Assembly (NCBI GenBank): GCA_001949185.1 | Contig: BDGG01000003.1 | Span: 3,021,158 to 3,085,157, forward strand | Direction: 5' to 3' | Length of the DNA: 64,000 nt | Origin: Ramazzottius varieornatus | Lineage: Eukaryota; Animalia; Tardigrada | Part shown: positions 23,499 through 36,555 of the stretch, one piece after another | How the letters are laid out: each line of letters begins with the position of its first letter | Numbering within the stretch: the first letter of the stretch is position 1 | Translations under genes and position numbers: made by a program | The notes under the pieces: model-generated | What the model saw: only the letters and a program-made list of their open reading frames with translations | The model's database searches: none | Told to the model about the DNA's origin: nothing

Positions 23499-26430
23499 AT
23501 GGGAAGCTCCAAGATGTTACTGACTGCCTTTTTCGTCTTTTACGGCAGCGGGACAGCCTATGGGATCAACTGTGTATGCTTCCCGTCCGAACTATGCAAC
23601 GGAAATACCACATGTATCACGGGCGGACAGTGTTACTCGGACCTGCGCTTGAAGAAAGATGGAACGGTTGAACGGGAAGACTACTGTATCTCTAGAGAAC
23701 GACTAGCGGGATCAGCGGGAGCGGCGTTCTGGCAGATGAGGTGTAACAATCACAAACCCAAGACGCAACCGTACTTCACATGGTACAAACGCTGTTGTAA
23801 GACGGAAATGTGCAATGCTGCTGACTTCTCCTTCCCTCCGGAAACCCCAGTGACAACCACAACGACAGTGAAGCCTTCCGCCGCGAATAACCAGTCGACC
23901 TTCCCGGGAGATGGACATCGCAACCCATCGAACATATACTTGATAGCGGGAGTTGCCAGCATTGGTTCGCTCTTCCTTCTAGGCACGGTTTTCTGGATGA
24001 TCCTGACCAACAGGAGACGTCGTGTGAAACTTCAGTTGGCTGCCAGAAAGTCAGAAAGCGACAGGTGAGTTTCTCCGCGGCTGGAATAACAGAGAAAATA
24101 GAATTTACAGTAGATCTAATACGTTGTAGGTTGTTGGAGAATCCTCTGCGAGGCAGCGATCAGTCTGCGCTGAATGCCATCGCCAATGATCAGCTGGCCT
24201 TTTCGGGATCTGGTTCGGGACTGCCATTGCTTAGTCAACGGACCGTAGCCAGGCAGATTAACCTGACGATGACGGTAGGTTTAAAGATTTTGTGAATTCT
24301 GAAATGAAAATGCATCGGAGGAAGTTGGAAACGTCATTATCGATTTTGATCTCAAGAGACTCATCTGCTCATGTGATTGTTGATTCCAGGTGGGAAAAGG
24401 AAGGTATGGCGAGGTGTGGCTGGGATACTGGCATGGGGAGAAGGTGGCAGTCAAGATATTCGATTCGCGTGATGACAAATCTTGGATGCGGGAAACAGAA
24501 ATCTACAACACAACCATGCTGCGTCACGATAATTTGCTGGGTGAGTTCCCCTCCGTTAGCAGCTGTCTTTTCGGTTCCCCATGGAGCTTTCCTCCTCTCA
24601 ATATCTTTTACATCAAGGCTCATTGATGATTAACTGCTCACGAAGCTTTACCTGCGCTGCTCTTTCCGTTCATAAAACCAGCCAGCACTTGACAATCAGC
24701 TGTAATTATGCAGGGAATCTGCTCGATCAGCTGATTGGTTACCCACGAGACGTTCGTCATTAGTCCGTAAATTTTCCCCCGTAATGTGTTGGTAATGCAA
24801 GGACCGTCCGGGGGGAGATTGGCGGGGAACAGACAAAATGCGGGAGTGTATCCGGGTGGTGGTTTTTTATTGGCTGATTTGCGCAGTTTGGGTCGAAACG
24901 AAGTTAACGAACACAGTTGGCTAGCTTGGGAAGCGATATTTCGTCGGACAGATTCCGTAAATACCGGGGAAGAAGTTTCTTTTTAAGGGCAAACTTCAGA
25001 TCAATTTGAGGAATGAGATAATGAGTGCAGTAGTGTTTTGTTCGCTGGTTTTTGGGATAACTTTCCTTCGACGGTCGTGAAAAACTTACCGGCTGGGAAC
25101 TCTACTTTGGAAGTTTGACAGAACATGTCTGGCCTGTTAAAAAGCCAAAGTTTTGGCTTTTGGGTGGCAGATCGTGTCCGATAAACGCATTTCAGAGAAT
25201 GCGCTGATCTTTGCCCTGTATTACTTAGTTACTCGCTGGCATCTCGGGATGCCATCGTGCCAGAACTGTAAACCTTTGGAACGTTTTTTCTTGAGTGATT
25301 GACAGTTGTACTGGTGTCAACGGTGAGTATGACTTTGTGTTGTTCTGCTGTAGGCTTCATCGCGGCGGATAACAAGGATACGGGACTTCTGACGCAGTTG
25401 TGGCTCATCACTGACTACCACGAGAAGGGCTCGCTCTTTGATTACTTGACACAAAGCACCCTTGATCTGCCCGACTTGCTCCGCATGACCTACTCCATCG
25501 CTAATGGCCTAGCCCATCTGCACATGGAGATTGTCGGCACACAGGGTAAACCCGCCATTGCCCATCGCGACCTCAAGGTAACTAACCCCATCTCACCCAG
25601 GTTTTCATTCCCACAAAATCTTCCCACGTAATCACAATGATATCAGTCGAAGAGCTATCCTTGCTCTTGTTTACTGTCATACCAAAAACTATCCACTTTA
25701 TCAATCAGGCGCAACTCTTACTCTATAGCCAATTCTGGCTTTTTCCTACGGTATCCGCTGGCAAGGCCGTGCCCGGCACCAACCTGACAGACGTTCCGTA
25801 GAAGAAGGCAAAATTTGCTCGGCGTATCAATCAGCATCTAGAACTGATAGTTTTGCCTCTTTCAAAGTTAGCTACTTCAGTCGGTGATAGTTTTCTAACA
25901 GATGTCTGTGGTTGTGTTTACAGAGCAAAAACATTTTGGTGAAGCGGAATGGGCAATGCGTCGTGGCAGATTTGGGTCTGGCCGTTCGCTTCGATTCGCA
26001 CACAGGCTTGGTGGACATCCCCGTCAACGATAAGGTTGGCACGAACCGCTACCTGTCCCCGGAAGTTCTGGACGACACCATCAACATCAAGAACTTCGAG
26101 TCCTTCAAAGCGGCGGACTTGTACGCGCTGGGCCTGGTCTACTGGGAGATGACACGACGGTGCAACGTGGTGGCGCCGGCCGAAGACTATCAACTGCCAT
26201 ACTTTGATCTTCTACCCGGCGACCCTTCGCTGGAAGAAGTCAAGGCGGTGGTTTGTGACCAGCATCAACGACCCACGTTCCCGCCACACTGGCAAAACCA
26301 CGAGTCGCTACAACTGGTCAGTCGTATCATGCGCGAGTGCTGGTATGATCGACCTATGGCCAGACTGACGGCGTTGCGAGTCAAAAAGAGCCTGGGAGGC
26401 CTGTTAGAACAACATGATGTCAAACTGTAG
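23499..26430 (+). CDS. babo: TGF-beta/activin type I receptor Ser/Thr kinase, ALK4/5/7 (Baboon) type; exons 23499-24064, 24130-24274, 24390-24540, 25354-25577, 25924-26430
   Basis: Signal peptide, Cys-rich ectodomain ending [10 protein letters not shown] helix, GS box [29 protein letters not shown]45 loop [44 protein letters not shown] and [12 protein letters not shown]. Confidence 0.92.
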
Positions 26431-27207
26431 TGTCATATATCCAATACAAAAAATTCTCGCGCAAAGCAGACAATTGCACAATCGACCAATGTATGAAAGT
26501 TCACGGAAGAGAAGACTTGGAGAGTAGAAGAAGGATGTCGCACAAGATAAATCCGTCTTCTGTCCGCGGAACGGAGCAGATCAGTATTTCGCTGCTGCTT
26601 CTGCTTTGAATATTCTGCTGCATTGCTGAATCAAGAAAAGACTGCTAACATGTTCAGTTTCTTGACCAATTTTATCAATATTAGTTACGCTTTACATAGT
26701 TTGACGTCTGTTTAGTAATCGCACAAGTTCGTGGTGCAGTTCGTCGTGCATCTGTAAATTCTCATGAGTCTTCGGGAATCTTCGTTTTCAGCTCTTTGCT
26801 GTTGTACAGTTAGTAATACGTTTTGGTTTTGCTGTTACCTTGTTTTGAGATTAGTGGTAATAAAATGTAATCAGTCATAATGAACGCGCGACAGTAAGAC
26901 AGCGGTTGGTATTACTGCGGGCAGGTTGATAACTTACCTGAGCACCTCGGACTGTGTCGAAGCTTTCGGCACGACAGGGAACTTTCCTCCGAGGACCACT
27001 TCTTGGCAGATGTGGCTGGTTTGATACTTCGCTTCGCACCTGTTGCTTTTAAATAGCAGCCGCGAGCTGCGATCATCTTGGTGCCTCGTGTGTATATTAC
27101 CAATGGTGGAGACCACCTTGTAAGAACGGCTTACAGGCAGGATATTGATACCAGTCCGTAGACTTCATTCCACTTGTGCAGCTAGGGTGGGCTACAAAGT
27201 ATAGCTA

Positions 27208-28055
27208 CACTAAGCCCCATATTTATCTGTCCACCTCCATCTTCGTTTCAAAACTTCATAACTCACTTCGCATCAACCCGATTTCGATATTTTGAACGTC
27301 CTTATAGAGATCAGTGTTTGACCTTTACGACCACGTGACTTCCGTATGAATCAATCAGGAAATCAACCAGGAAATCAACTGGCAGTATCATCCCTACGAA
27401 CACCTGAAACTGCCTTGTTTTCGGCTCCGAGTTACGGGTGCTGGCCAGCAGATAGCACATTCATGCTTGTTGCTATTATGTAGCCCCAACATTAAGCTTT
27501 CAAGTAAGCCCATGTGAGAAATTTTTGCAGATATGCAAAAAAAGCTCTGTCGTCGTGTCAACCAGGAAGTATTCTCGGTTATTTTCGGTGGTGCATATTC
27601 ACGATGCCTTGTCTTCGACATCGTTGCTGCCAAGTTACGTTCAAATGGTGACACCTTTCACAAAGACATCGAAAGATAACCATGAAGCAACGCGTTTCAT
27701 GTGGCAAAAGGCGCATGTGGGCATTTCAACGAAACGATTTCCGCAGTTTCAAGAAATTTTCACATGGGCTTACCTGAAAGCTTAGTGTTGGGGCTACATA
27801 ACAGTAACAAGCACGATGTGCTATCTGCTGGCTAGCATTCGCTGCTCGGAGCCGAAAACAAGGCAGTTTTAAGTGTTCGTAGGGATGATACTGCCGGCTG
27901 ATATGCTGATTGATTCATACGAAAGTCACGTGGTCGTAAAGATCAAACACTGATCTCTATAAAGACGTTCAAAATATCAAAATCGGGTTAGTGCGAAATA
28001 AGTTATGAAGTTTTGAAACGAAGATGGGGTGGACAGAGAAATATGGGACTCTGTG
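27208..28055. mobile_element. Foldback-type MITE, copy 1 (long imperfect palindrome)
   Basis: Arms of about 400 bp are reverse complements; left end CACTAAGCCCCATATTTATCTGTCCACC, TA TSD; near-identical to 54003-54879. Confidence 0.92.
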
Positions 28056-28375
28056 TATACCGAAAAACTAACCGGCAAACGAGGACCTGGACTCAAAAAT
28101 TCAATGGACATACTATACTGTGTAATGTAGAGCAGAGGGCTGTGAAATTCCAAGACCCCTACCCGTATCAATCTGTCACGTTACTGAGATCTTGCAGAGA
28201 CAGGGAACAACCGGCGAAAAGTAAAGAATGTGCGACGGATGGGTAGTCGGGAAACCGGGTGCAGCTCTCAAATCGTGCATTCGTTTACACGAGGAACCAG
28301 AATCACCGAAAGGATTAGTTTACTTCATAGGTATTTTTGCTTATAGACTTGCCAGCGTTTTTACGACTTGGCTGC

Positions 28376-29941
28376 TCACAAAGATTTGAGGATCTCGTCG
28401 GACAAGGAGCAGGTGGTTCCAGTTCCGTCAGGCTCCACGTTCAGCTTCGTGATGACACCATCGTCTACGATGGCAGAGTACCTGCAAAACGAGAAAAGTT
28501 CAATGAAGTATTCAGGACCCGAACACACAATATTTTCGTCCGGATTGTACTGACAGGCTTTCGAAAAGAACTCAATATTGTACCCAACGAGAAGCCTACT
28601 GATAGACCTTCTGTAACCGAATGTTTCGCGGTGGTTGTGATAGTTGGTACGTACATCAGACAATGCAAACTCGTTCTGATCACGAGACCCATTATTGACT
28701 TACTCCAAGAACCAGATATCAAAAGAACTTTGCGCTAAATGATTGGAATGCGGTGTCACTGTAATCGAGTGCTGTACACTCCACCAGTCTAGGTTTACCG
28801 AGTAAACAGTGGCACGGTGCGTCTGCAGTTTCAGGCGGCGTGACGGGTAGCTACCTACGATCCAAGGAACCGCGAGTCGCATCCACAGACTCCGCTTACC
28901 CTTGTCATTAGAAATCGATCAAGCCGGAAAGAATCAAACCCAACCTCAATGGAAAACTATCGATCGAAAGAGCCACCCGATGTCAACAAGCTATAGTTTC
29001 TTCATTATGAAGAGCCCTTCGGAAAATCTCAATGTCATCCGAATCTCACCTCTTGGATCTAGCGTTTCCAAGTACGGGATTTGCGGCCAACTCAAGCCCC
29101 ATCGCCTGCAAACACCAGATGTTAGAAATTATGACGGATAATGTTTCCATCGTTCGTGCAGTTTCAGTTGGACAGAATCCCCAACACGGCTCACCTTGGT
29201 GAACTTTCCCTCGGGGTCAGCCAGCATGTGGATCTTGTCGCCCACATTCTGGTCCTTACCCCAAGAAGCCATCCTGAAACCACAGAGAACAAACTAATTG
29301 CAATTCCATCCTTTTGGTCAGTTTTGCCTACTCAGAACGAGCCGGAAGTGATCCTAGGGAGACACACTTACACGAAAGGATCGTTAACCGAGATGCAGGC
29401 AATCACTTCCACTCCTTTGGCGGTGATGTCGTCGTACTTCTTGACATAGCTGGGTAGGTGTTTCTGCAAGAGAAGGGAACTCGGCAATTCGAGCCGGAAG
29501 TACAATCAAGCTTTTGGTTTTTCCAAACCTGAGAGCATCCCGGAGTAAAAGCACCAGGCACAGCGATCAAGATTCCCTTCTTTCCTTTGAACAATTCCGT
29601 CACTGTAAAGCAGCCACCGATTAGCGCATCAACGGCGATCGATCGGATTCATTTGCTCCGCGGAAAAACGGCTACTTCCGGTTCCAATCGATCTCTCCAA
29701 GTCAAGTACAGGGCACATACCTTTGATTTTCTTGCCTGGCTCGCCATCGAAAATTTCAACGTCGGGCAACGAATCTCCTTCCTGCGAAGAGTAATATTTC
29801 TGGGCTACACCAATACCAGATGGAAGTTTCACGGACTTCGAATAAGGATGACAGTACTGTAGGTATTGTCGGAGTATGGAAACAGCTGAGCGACGCCGCC
29901 CTACAGCGACAGCGTGCATGTCGACTTACTTTGATAGTCAT
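28376..29941 (-). CDS. PRDX5: Peroxiredoxin-5 (atypical 2-Cys), about 7 exons
   Basis: MTIK|[16 protein letters not shown], active site [70 protein letters not shown] (resolving Cys). Confidence 0.95.
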
Positions 29942-30748
29942 GCTCAGGCTTGGTTGGAGCAAAGAAGCAGGATGTTGTCAAGGGCGGGAGCGATGAAGAG
30001 GAAATGACAAGGAAAGGCCACGTCCGATTTCTAAACTCTGAAGAACGATGAAGGCCAGCAAAGGCAATTTGCTAATTCTGTACGTACCGACTGTACGCAC
30101 TGCTTCGTACAATGTACGTCCATTGCTGTGTGACGTCACCGTGGGCTGATACTCCTCAATGGTGAAACCTCGAAACTGGTATGACATGTTCTTCCACTTT
30201 TCCTCTGGTTCCTCGTCATTGTCATCCATATCTCTAATCGGCAGCGCGAGACACCTGCGTACAAGCTATAGCGAAAGCACTGCAAACAGACAACGTATGG
30301 CAGGATGCGCTAGTACCTAACGTTTTTTATCCTGGTTTCGGTTTTCTGTGCTGTCTGCCTTGTGCTTGATGAATTCAGGATGATGATGAGTCGGACTCGA
30401 TGTATAACCACGGAATAAAGCCGGTGGAACTCCAGTATTTTTACATCAGGTGCAAGATCTGATACGCCGCTACCTGGCTCTTCCTGGTTCAGGCTCGCTC
30501 CCATAAGTCCTGGCATCGGAGCTAATCAACTGACTGCAAATCATTGCGGAACATTCCGAGTGTTTTATCGTACTTCGAACAGTGGGCTAGTACCCGGTTT
30601 TATATGAAACAGGTCGAAGACTTGAAACAGCGATCACAGGTGATTCTCAGAAATTGCACGTGGCATCGTACACTCCAGCAGCGATAAGCACCCACTTTGG
30701 TTTCAGTTTATTACCAAGCCAAAAGGTTAATCTCTAATCATAAAACAC

Positions 30749-32166
30749 TCAACTCCTTCTTCGGACCGTCGAAGCCAGAAAATAAAATAGTAGCGTGAAA
30801 TTAGCCGAGTATTTTGGCACGGTTGCTGTGGCCCTTGAGGTCGAGAAAGACTTTGGAGTATTCTTCAACGAGGAAGCTCTTCCGTCAGTGGCGGGAAGAA
30901 CAGGTAGGACGCCTGTGGGCGCCGGATGCACCTTCGGTCCTCCATTACACTCGTTCGTCCGGCAAATGCATATAGTGGAATTGACGAATTTGTGACCGAC
31001 ATGGACATCGGACTTCACCCGATTACATCCTTCGGCGGATGTCTCAGCTGTCGCGAAGATCCCATACAGGCAATTTCGGTAGGTATCACCTGTAATTTAG
31101 AACAAATTATTGAGGTAATGGCCAATTGATCGTGATGATAGATTGTATCCAGATACGATGTGATGAGGCAGCAGAGCCGACTTACCGGATGGTGTGACAA
31201 CTTTCAAACAGCCTTCAACGGAACTTTGACAGACGACCACGTGAGAAGCGTTCCGTATGTAAGGATCTCGGCAAGATTCATCGCCGACCGTGGTGCAAAC
31301 AATGCACGACATCCGGGTAGAATCGGGAGTGGATAATTTCAAGACGGAAGCTCGAGTCGATGGGACATCTAAGAGTAAAAATGCTCATTCGACAATCAAA
31401 GACTAATTTTATGTTCCGCAAGGTTAATTTTGAGCCTCCAAAAAGACAAGAAGTGTCTTGTTATCACAAATTGCTCCTTTCTGCATTCCACTTTCTGCAT
31501 TAAGAACTGAGACGCTGGCGAATAAATTCACACCAAATTGTTTTCTCAAGAAGCGTTCAGCCAATAACAATGAAAAAGTGCGCTACCTACGGCAGCGACC
31601 TGGGCGAAATCAGTTGTCGACCTCCGAGTTGTTTTCCATTAGTAGGGTAAAAATTAATACTTTTCACGGTCCTTGGGTTTCAAAACTGGCCCGTGCCATA
31701 GATATTCATAGAAGCGCCACCAGACACTACAATTACGGAGCCATAATGTGCGCTCAGTCAGCCCGACGCCTCATATCAACAGAACGTGCCCAGCGGTCCT
31801 TCTTATCGATAAAAATAAAAATAAATGTAAATCGACAAATACAATTCTGACTCGTTAACTAAATAATCGAGCCGGTTTCCGAAAGCGAATGCCATGTAAT
31901 GTTATGAAGCAACGGTTCCTATCAAACACTTGATGGCACATACCTTCGCTATCATCATCATCGTCTTCCTGGTCGAAGCCCTCGATGGGAAAATGTCCTG
32001 ATCCGGATCCCCATCCTTGCCCGGAACTGATGATGATTTCTTCATCATCTGGATTCGAGTTGAGGATAGAAGGTCCCAGCATTCCTCGGGGCTTCGTGAC
32101 AGCTACAGTTAAGCCGACCCAAAGGCCAAACAGGCAAAAAGCAAACGTGGACGATAATGGCTGCAT
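30749..32166 (-). CDS. Ly6/uPAR (three-finger, Sleepless/quiver-like) protein with an acidic Ser-Gly N-terminal segment and probable GPI signal (exons 32166-31944, 31368-31186, 31089-30749; about 248 aa)
   Basis: Signal peptide; DDEEIIISSGQGWGSGSGHFPIEGFDQEDDDDDSEG; 10-Cys domain from SCIVCTT...SCRDP to ICICRTNECN; Pro/Ser/Thr stalk; hydrophobic end FTLLFYFLA. Both introns are phase-1 GT-AG. Confidence 0.82.
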
Positions 32167-35100
32167 GTTCTGATCAGACGGTAGAGAAACACTGCAAGAT
32201 GAAAGTATTTCTTTGGCAAATGTTGCTCAGTCTCCTGTTTCTTCCATAACGCAAAAACCGGTAAGCCATCCGTCAGTCTTGCAAAGTGATTGAAAGCAAA
32301 GAGCAAGGCGTGATGGGTGAGCCCATATCACTCGGTTGGTTCTTCGGTCGCGGACGGGAAACCTTGCTGAGATGATGTGGTGGGATTTAAGTTACAGGCT
32401 CAAAAATGTGCAAAGAAAAATATGATTGCCATCACGATGATGCGAGGGATGGTGGCATCTGTATATAACCCAACAACAGTTACACCATCGCGCTTTGCTG
32501 GCGTTCTATTTCCTGTCTTCTTCCGTCGTATCCGAAGTTTCAACAAGTATTAGGCGGAGGACGCAGTAGCCAGTGCACCAACCGGGGAATTTTTAGGCGA
32601 TGCTTTCTTCAGTCCAAGTCTCTCATCGGCCCAGGCAGTCAACTTCTCATCACATGCGACGTAACGAACGGCGACAATTTGGCTCTTAAAATTCCTAAAA
32701 TCGATTTAAAATGTAATTAATCACAGCCCACCCTACAGCACAGCTTGACAACAAATCTTAATGACTCACTTAAAGTTATGCAAAAGATACAAGCCATTAT
32801 ACAGAAGAAAGTTCGAGTGGCCTCGAGAAAGATTCTCGGAAATATTCATGTCTGCTCAAAATATTTCAAATGACACTTTTATAAAGTCCATAAGCATTAT
32901 TTCGACCTGAGAAGCATTATTACAACACAAATCATATTCTGCAAAAATACTCTCCATGTCAGGAATCCAAGCAGAGTATCAAGCGGCGAACCGTAAATAT
33001 GAATGCGACAAGCGAGCTGGACAAATAAGCTGAACCAAGTTGTTGTCGCAAGTGGCGCATGCTCTCGTAGTTGTTTGCTATAGGCGTGCGCCATTTGCAA
33101 AACGATATGGCTCGAATCATTTACCCGGTACCCGTATACACAAGAATAATACAATATTCAAAAAAAAAATAAGAAGAAAGTTCGAAGCTGTAAGAACATC
33201 GTTTATTCGACACACCCTGTTGAATCTTAACGATTCGAAACTATTCTTGAAGATAATGACCCACATACCGTAATGTCATTAGTATCGACGAGGAAATGCT
33301 GACTTTCGGCACTGCGCGGTGAATCACAGTTGGAGTATTAATTTGATGCACGGTGCGCAAGTGTTGCTCCCATCAGCTTCCGAAAGGCGACTGGTGATGA
33401 CATGAACTATATTTCTTTCTGATATTTGACGTCCAGCTGATGTGTGCTCTCATAGAAACAGTTGAAGAGCCAAGCTACACAGCACCACGTTTACACAACA
33501 GCACGCGAGCGATCGGGCCAGATTCGAGACAGATTTCCACAGCCTGCAACAGAAATCAAGTTCAGCTCAAAAATGTTCTTCGACAGAAGGCGAGAGAACC
33601 TAACTCGCACCGGTACTGTTATGACTATTGCGTATTCAGTGCTGGAGGCAGAAGGCTACCAGATAACTTGGTCGCTTACAAGTCAAATCGCACCGTTCAT
33701 AGCCACATTGGAGAAAATAAACTCTCTATCACGAAAACATATATGCGGCATTCCAATGTGCGAAATTATCACAGCAGTAGAACTGGTAACGAGTTTCTCG
33801 AAGACCAAGCTTGCTGGGCCAATAGCCGCTTATCAGTCGTTGGGGTTCTCTGGCTGCGCGACTTTATTGTTTCGTCAAGGAGCCGGAGAATGGCTCTACA
33901 CTAGCGTCAGGGCTGGATGAGTACTCGAGATATATCAACTGTTGAGAAGAAGAGTTTTCGACGAGTATACAGAAGGGCTCAATAATATGTTATCTGAGAT
34001 GGCGCCGACAAGATACTCGCTGTGGACACAGGCAATGATTATGATACGCCATACCCATGCATCATTACACGTGACCCGCCCTTTCGCTGCCCAATAAAAT
34101 CAAGTGGCTCCATGCCTGCCAGCACACTTTACTATAGTACCCTACCATATTCACCGATAACCATTGCCAGAATAATATTGTTGTTACTCACCTTTTAATC
34201 ACCTCTGTTGTTCCACGTCCTCTCGGCTGCGTCTGGAAAATGTCCCACCAAGCGTAATTAACTCGGATCGATCAGCAACCATTCGCCCAGACTAACTAGC
34301 GCGGAAAGAACTAGCATTCATATCCTTCTCCAGTTAGCTCTCAATTAACGAAACAGAGAATGCCGTACAAATCATGAACTACCGAACAATATTCGACAAA
34401 GCATGCTCAAGTATTTTCAAGCAGTGAAGAAGAGAAGAAGCGCACGAGAGAAATTTCATGTGCGAAATTCTCTTTCCCCTCTGTTGGCCTTGAAGAAGTG
34501 CTCATTTGATCTCTCGGGCGCCACCTCCATAAGTTAAGTAAGCATGCAACTCTCAAAGAAAAGAGCTGACAGAGCTAGTCATGATGACCACAGTGGCGGT
34601 ACCATTCCGAAGGAGATTCCAGACATCTTTGTTCCATCTTATTGTTAGCAAACAGTAGTCAGGCCCACTTGAGAACTGTCCATCGGCGGCAAAGGAATAT
34701 CTGCATTGAATACCATTATAAATGCGCTGTGGGCTTCAATAGTTCTCCACGGAACATGATAAGCTGCTGTCATTACAAATTCTCAAAGAACGAGCTCACT
34801 CAAAAGACCCGGCGGCCTTCTTCCTGGTCGTTTCCGAGCTCTTTGATTGGGAGAAGATCTGCGCTTTCGCATGATACTGATTGCTGTGGAAGACGGTATC
34901 TTTCGATGTCTTTCTTGCTGTTATCTGCCTTTGTTTCAAGCCTCTGATAAAGAAAAAGCGGAAGTTTTGACGCTCAAGTTGTTTATGCAAGCGAGCAAGA
35001 AGATAACCTAACCATTGCCGTGCCATTGCGTAGTAGCAAGCGAGCAAAACCATTGTAAACTTCCACGACTTCTCAGCTTGTTTACGGTATGAGGTGGAAA

Positions 35101-36555
35101 TCTTGTGGAAATCTTCAGTAAATAAGATCTTGTGCATAATTATGTCTTCTCAGTTTTACAGAGACACAACTTTGACTTTGAGAATATAGAAAAATGGACG
35201 CAGTCGGTACTCCCTGTTCGCCGAGTGGCGCCAATATCGCCAGGAAGATATCCACAGTAAACAGTGCAGAATAAGTTTCACTTCAGGTGGCGTCGGTCCT
35301 GTTTTTATCTCAACGACATTGCCAGACTTATACCGGTAGTTCGCCATTGTGTACTCTAAAAATATTGCCGCATTGACCAGAAACCGGAGATCCGTCTCTA
35401 GACGGTACCGTGCAAATAGGCAACTCGAGCCTCGGCAGAGGTCGCTGCGTTTCCAGTCCTACACCAGCTGAAAGCGACTTGGTCGGCTCGCGAAAGAAAA
35501 CACCAGGATCTGTCAACAGCAGCCTAGGGGCCCAAGTGTGGTTGAGTTCTGTTTGGTGAATGCCCCTCCAGGGACTTTCCTTATCCTATATTTAAAGAAG
35601 GCGTTCAATCTGCACAAGGTGGACACAAATCGACGAGAGGCAGCGAACCAAGCGATATCGTGATCGGACGAGAATTTGTTTATTATAAATGACAATCCAT
35701 TTGTCTTCCGTATCATCGCTATCTTCATATCGATGGTCATATCCAGGAATCTTGATAGACTTGAACAAAATACTGCATTCTCCAACGAGCAACAGTTAAA
35801 GTAACACTGAGAACAATATTGAAGGCAATCAATGCGCTTCCGTCAAACTAGACAGAATCACACTCACAGAGAGATATTCTCGCCATACTCAAACATGACC
35901 AATATGTGAATACTAGTCTGGCTACTCGAAAATACGGATAGTAAAAGTCAAAAAAAGGAAAGAAAATAACCAGGAAGGAGATCGAGGTCGCCACCGTCTG
36001 ACTGTGGGGTAGCGGGGAGAGAGGAGGATCCCGCCACAGCCACAGAAAGGGCTCCGAACTGAAGAAACAGGTCCATCAATACCGAACCGCATATCGACAC
36101 TGACTAATCTCGAAATCAACAAGTTTATCACAAGAAGCAACCACAGGTGCACCTGAAGAAACGAACGACTAATCATCCAGCCCAACCGCGCGCTTCACGA
36201 CGTCACATGGGCGGAAGTGGGCCCAAAGAGGGGGAACAACACCATCAGCCTGGAAGCCACTAAACTTTGGTCGCTGTGTCACTTTGGCTTCCACGGTAGA
36301 GAAATCTCTCCTGGGTCTTCTTAAGAGGGACTGGTCAACGGGAGGGGGAGGGGTGTTTGAGAAGGAGGAAAGGAGTCACGTTGTGGAAAGGGAACTATGA
36401 ACTAGTGTCCACAGTCCACCGTCGATTCTTGCTCATTGTGCCGCTTGCGTTTACTTGGTAAAATACTTTTTCATGAAGAAGGCCAGGGGCCTTGCACTGG
36501 ATGTTCTTGCTGGAATTCCGTTGGCGGGGCGTTGCTTGTGACTTTGAGGGCGAGA

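Noticed and set aside
27394-27785. Duplicated 86-aa ORFs (also at 54177-54437)
   Set aside because: They lie within the foldback MITE, have no transposase motifs, and their identity reflects repeat copying.
29978-30229. Upstream ORF in frame with PRDX5 (possible stop read-through)
   Set aside because: It overlaps the probable promoter, has an acidic N-terminus unlike a targeting peptide, and nothing supports transcription.
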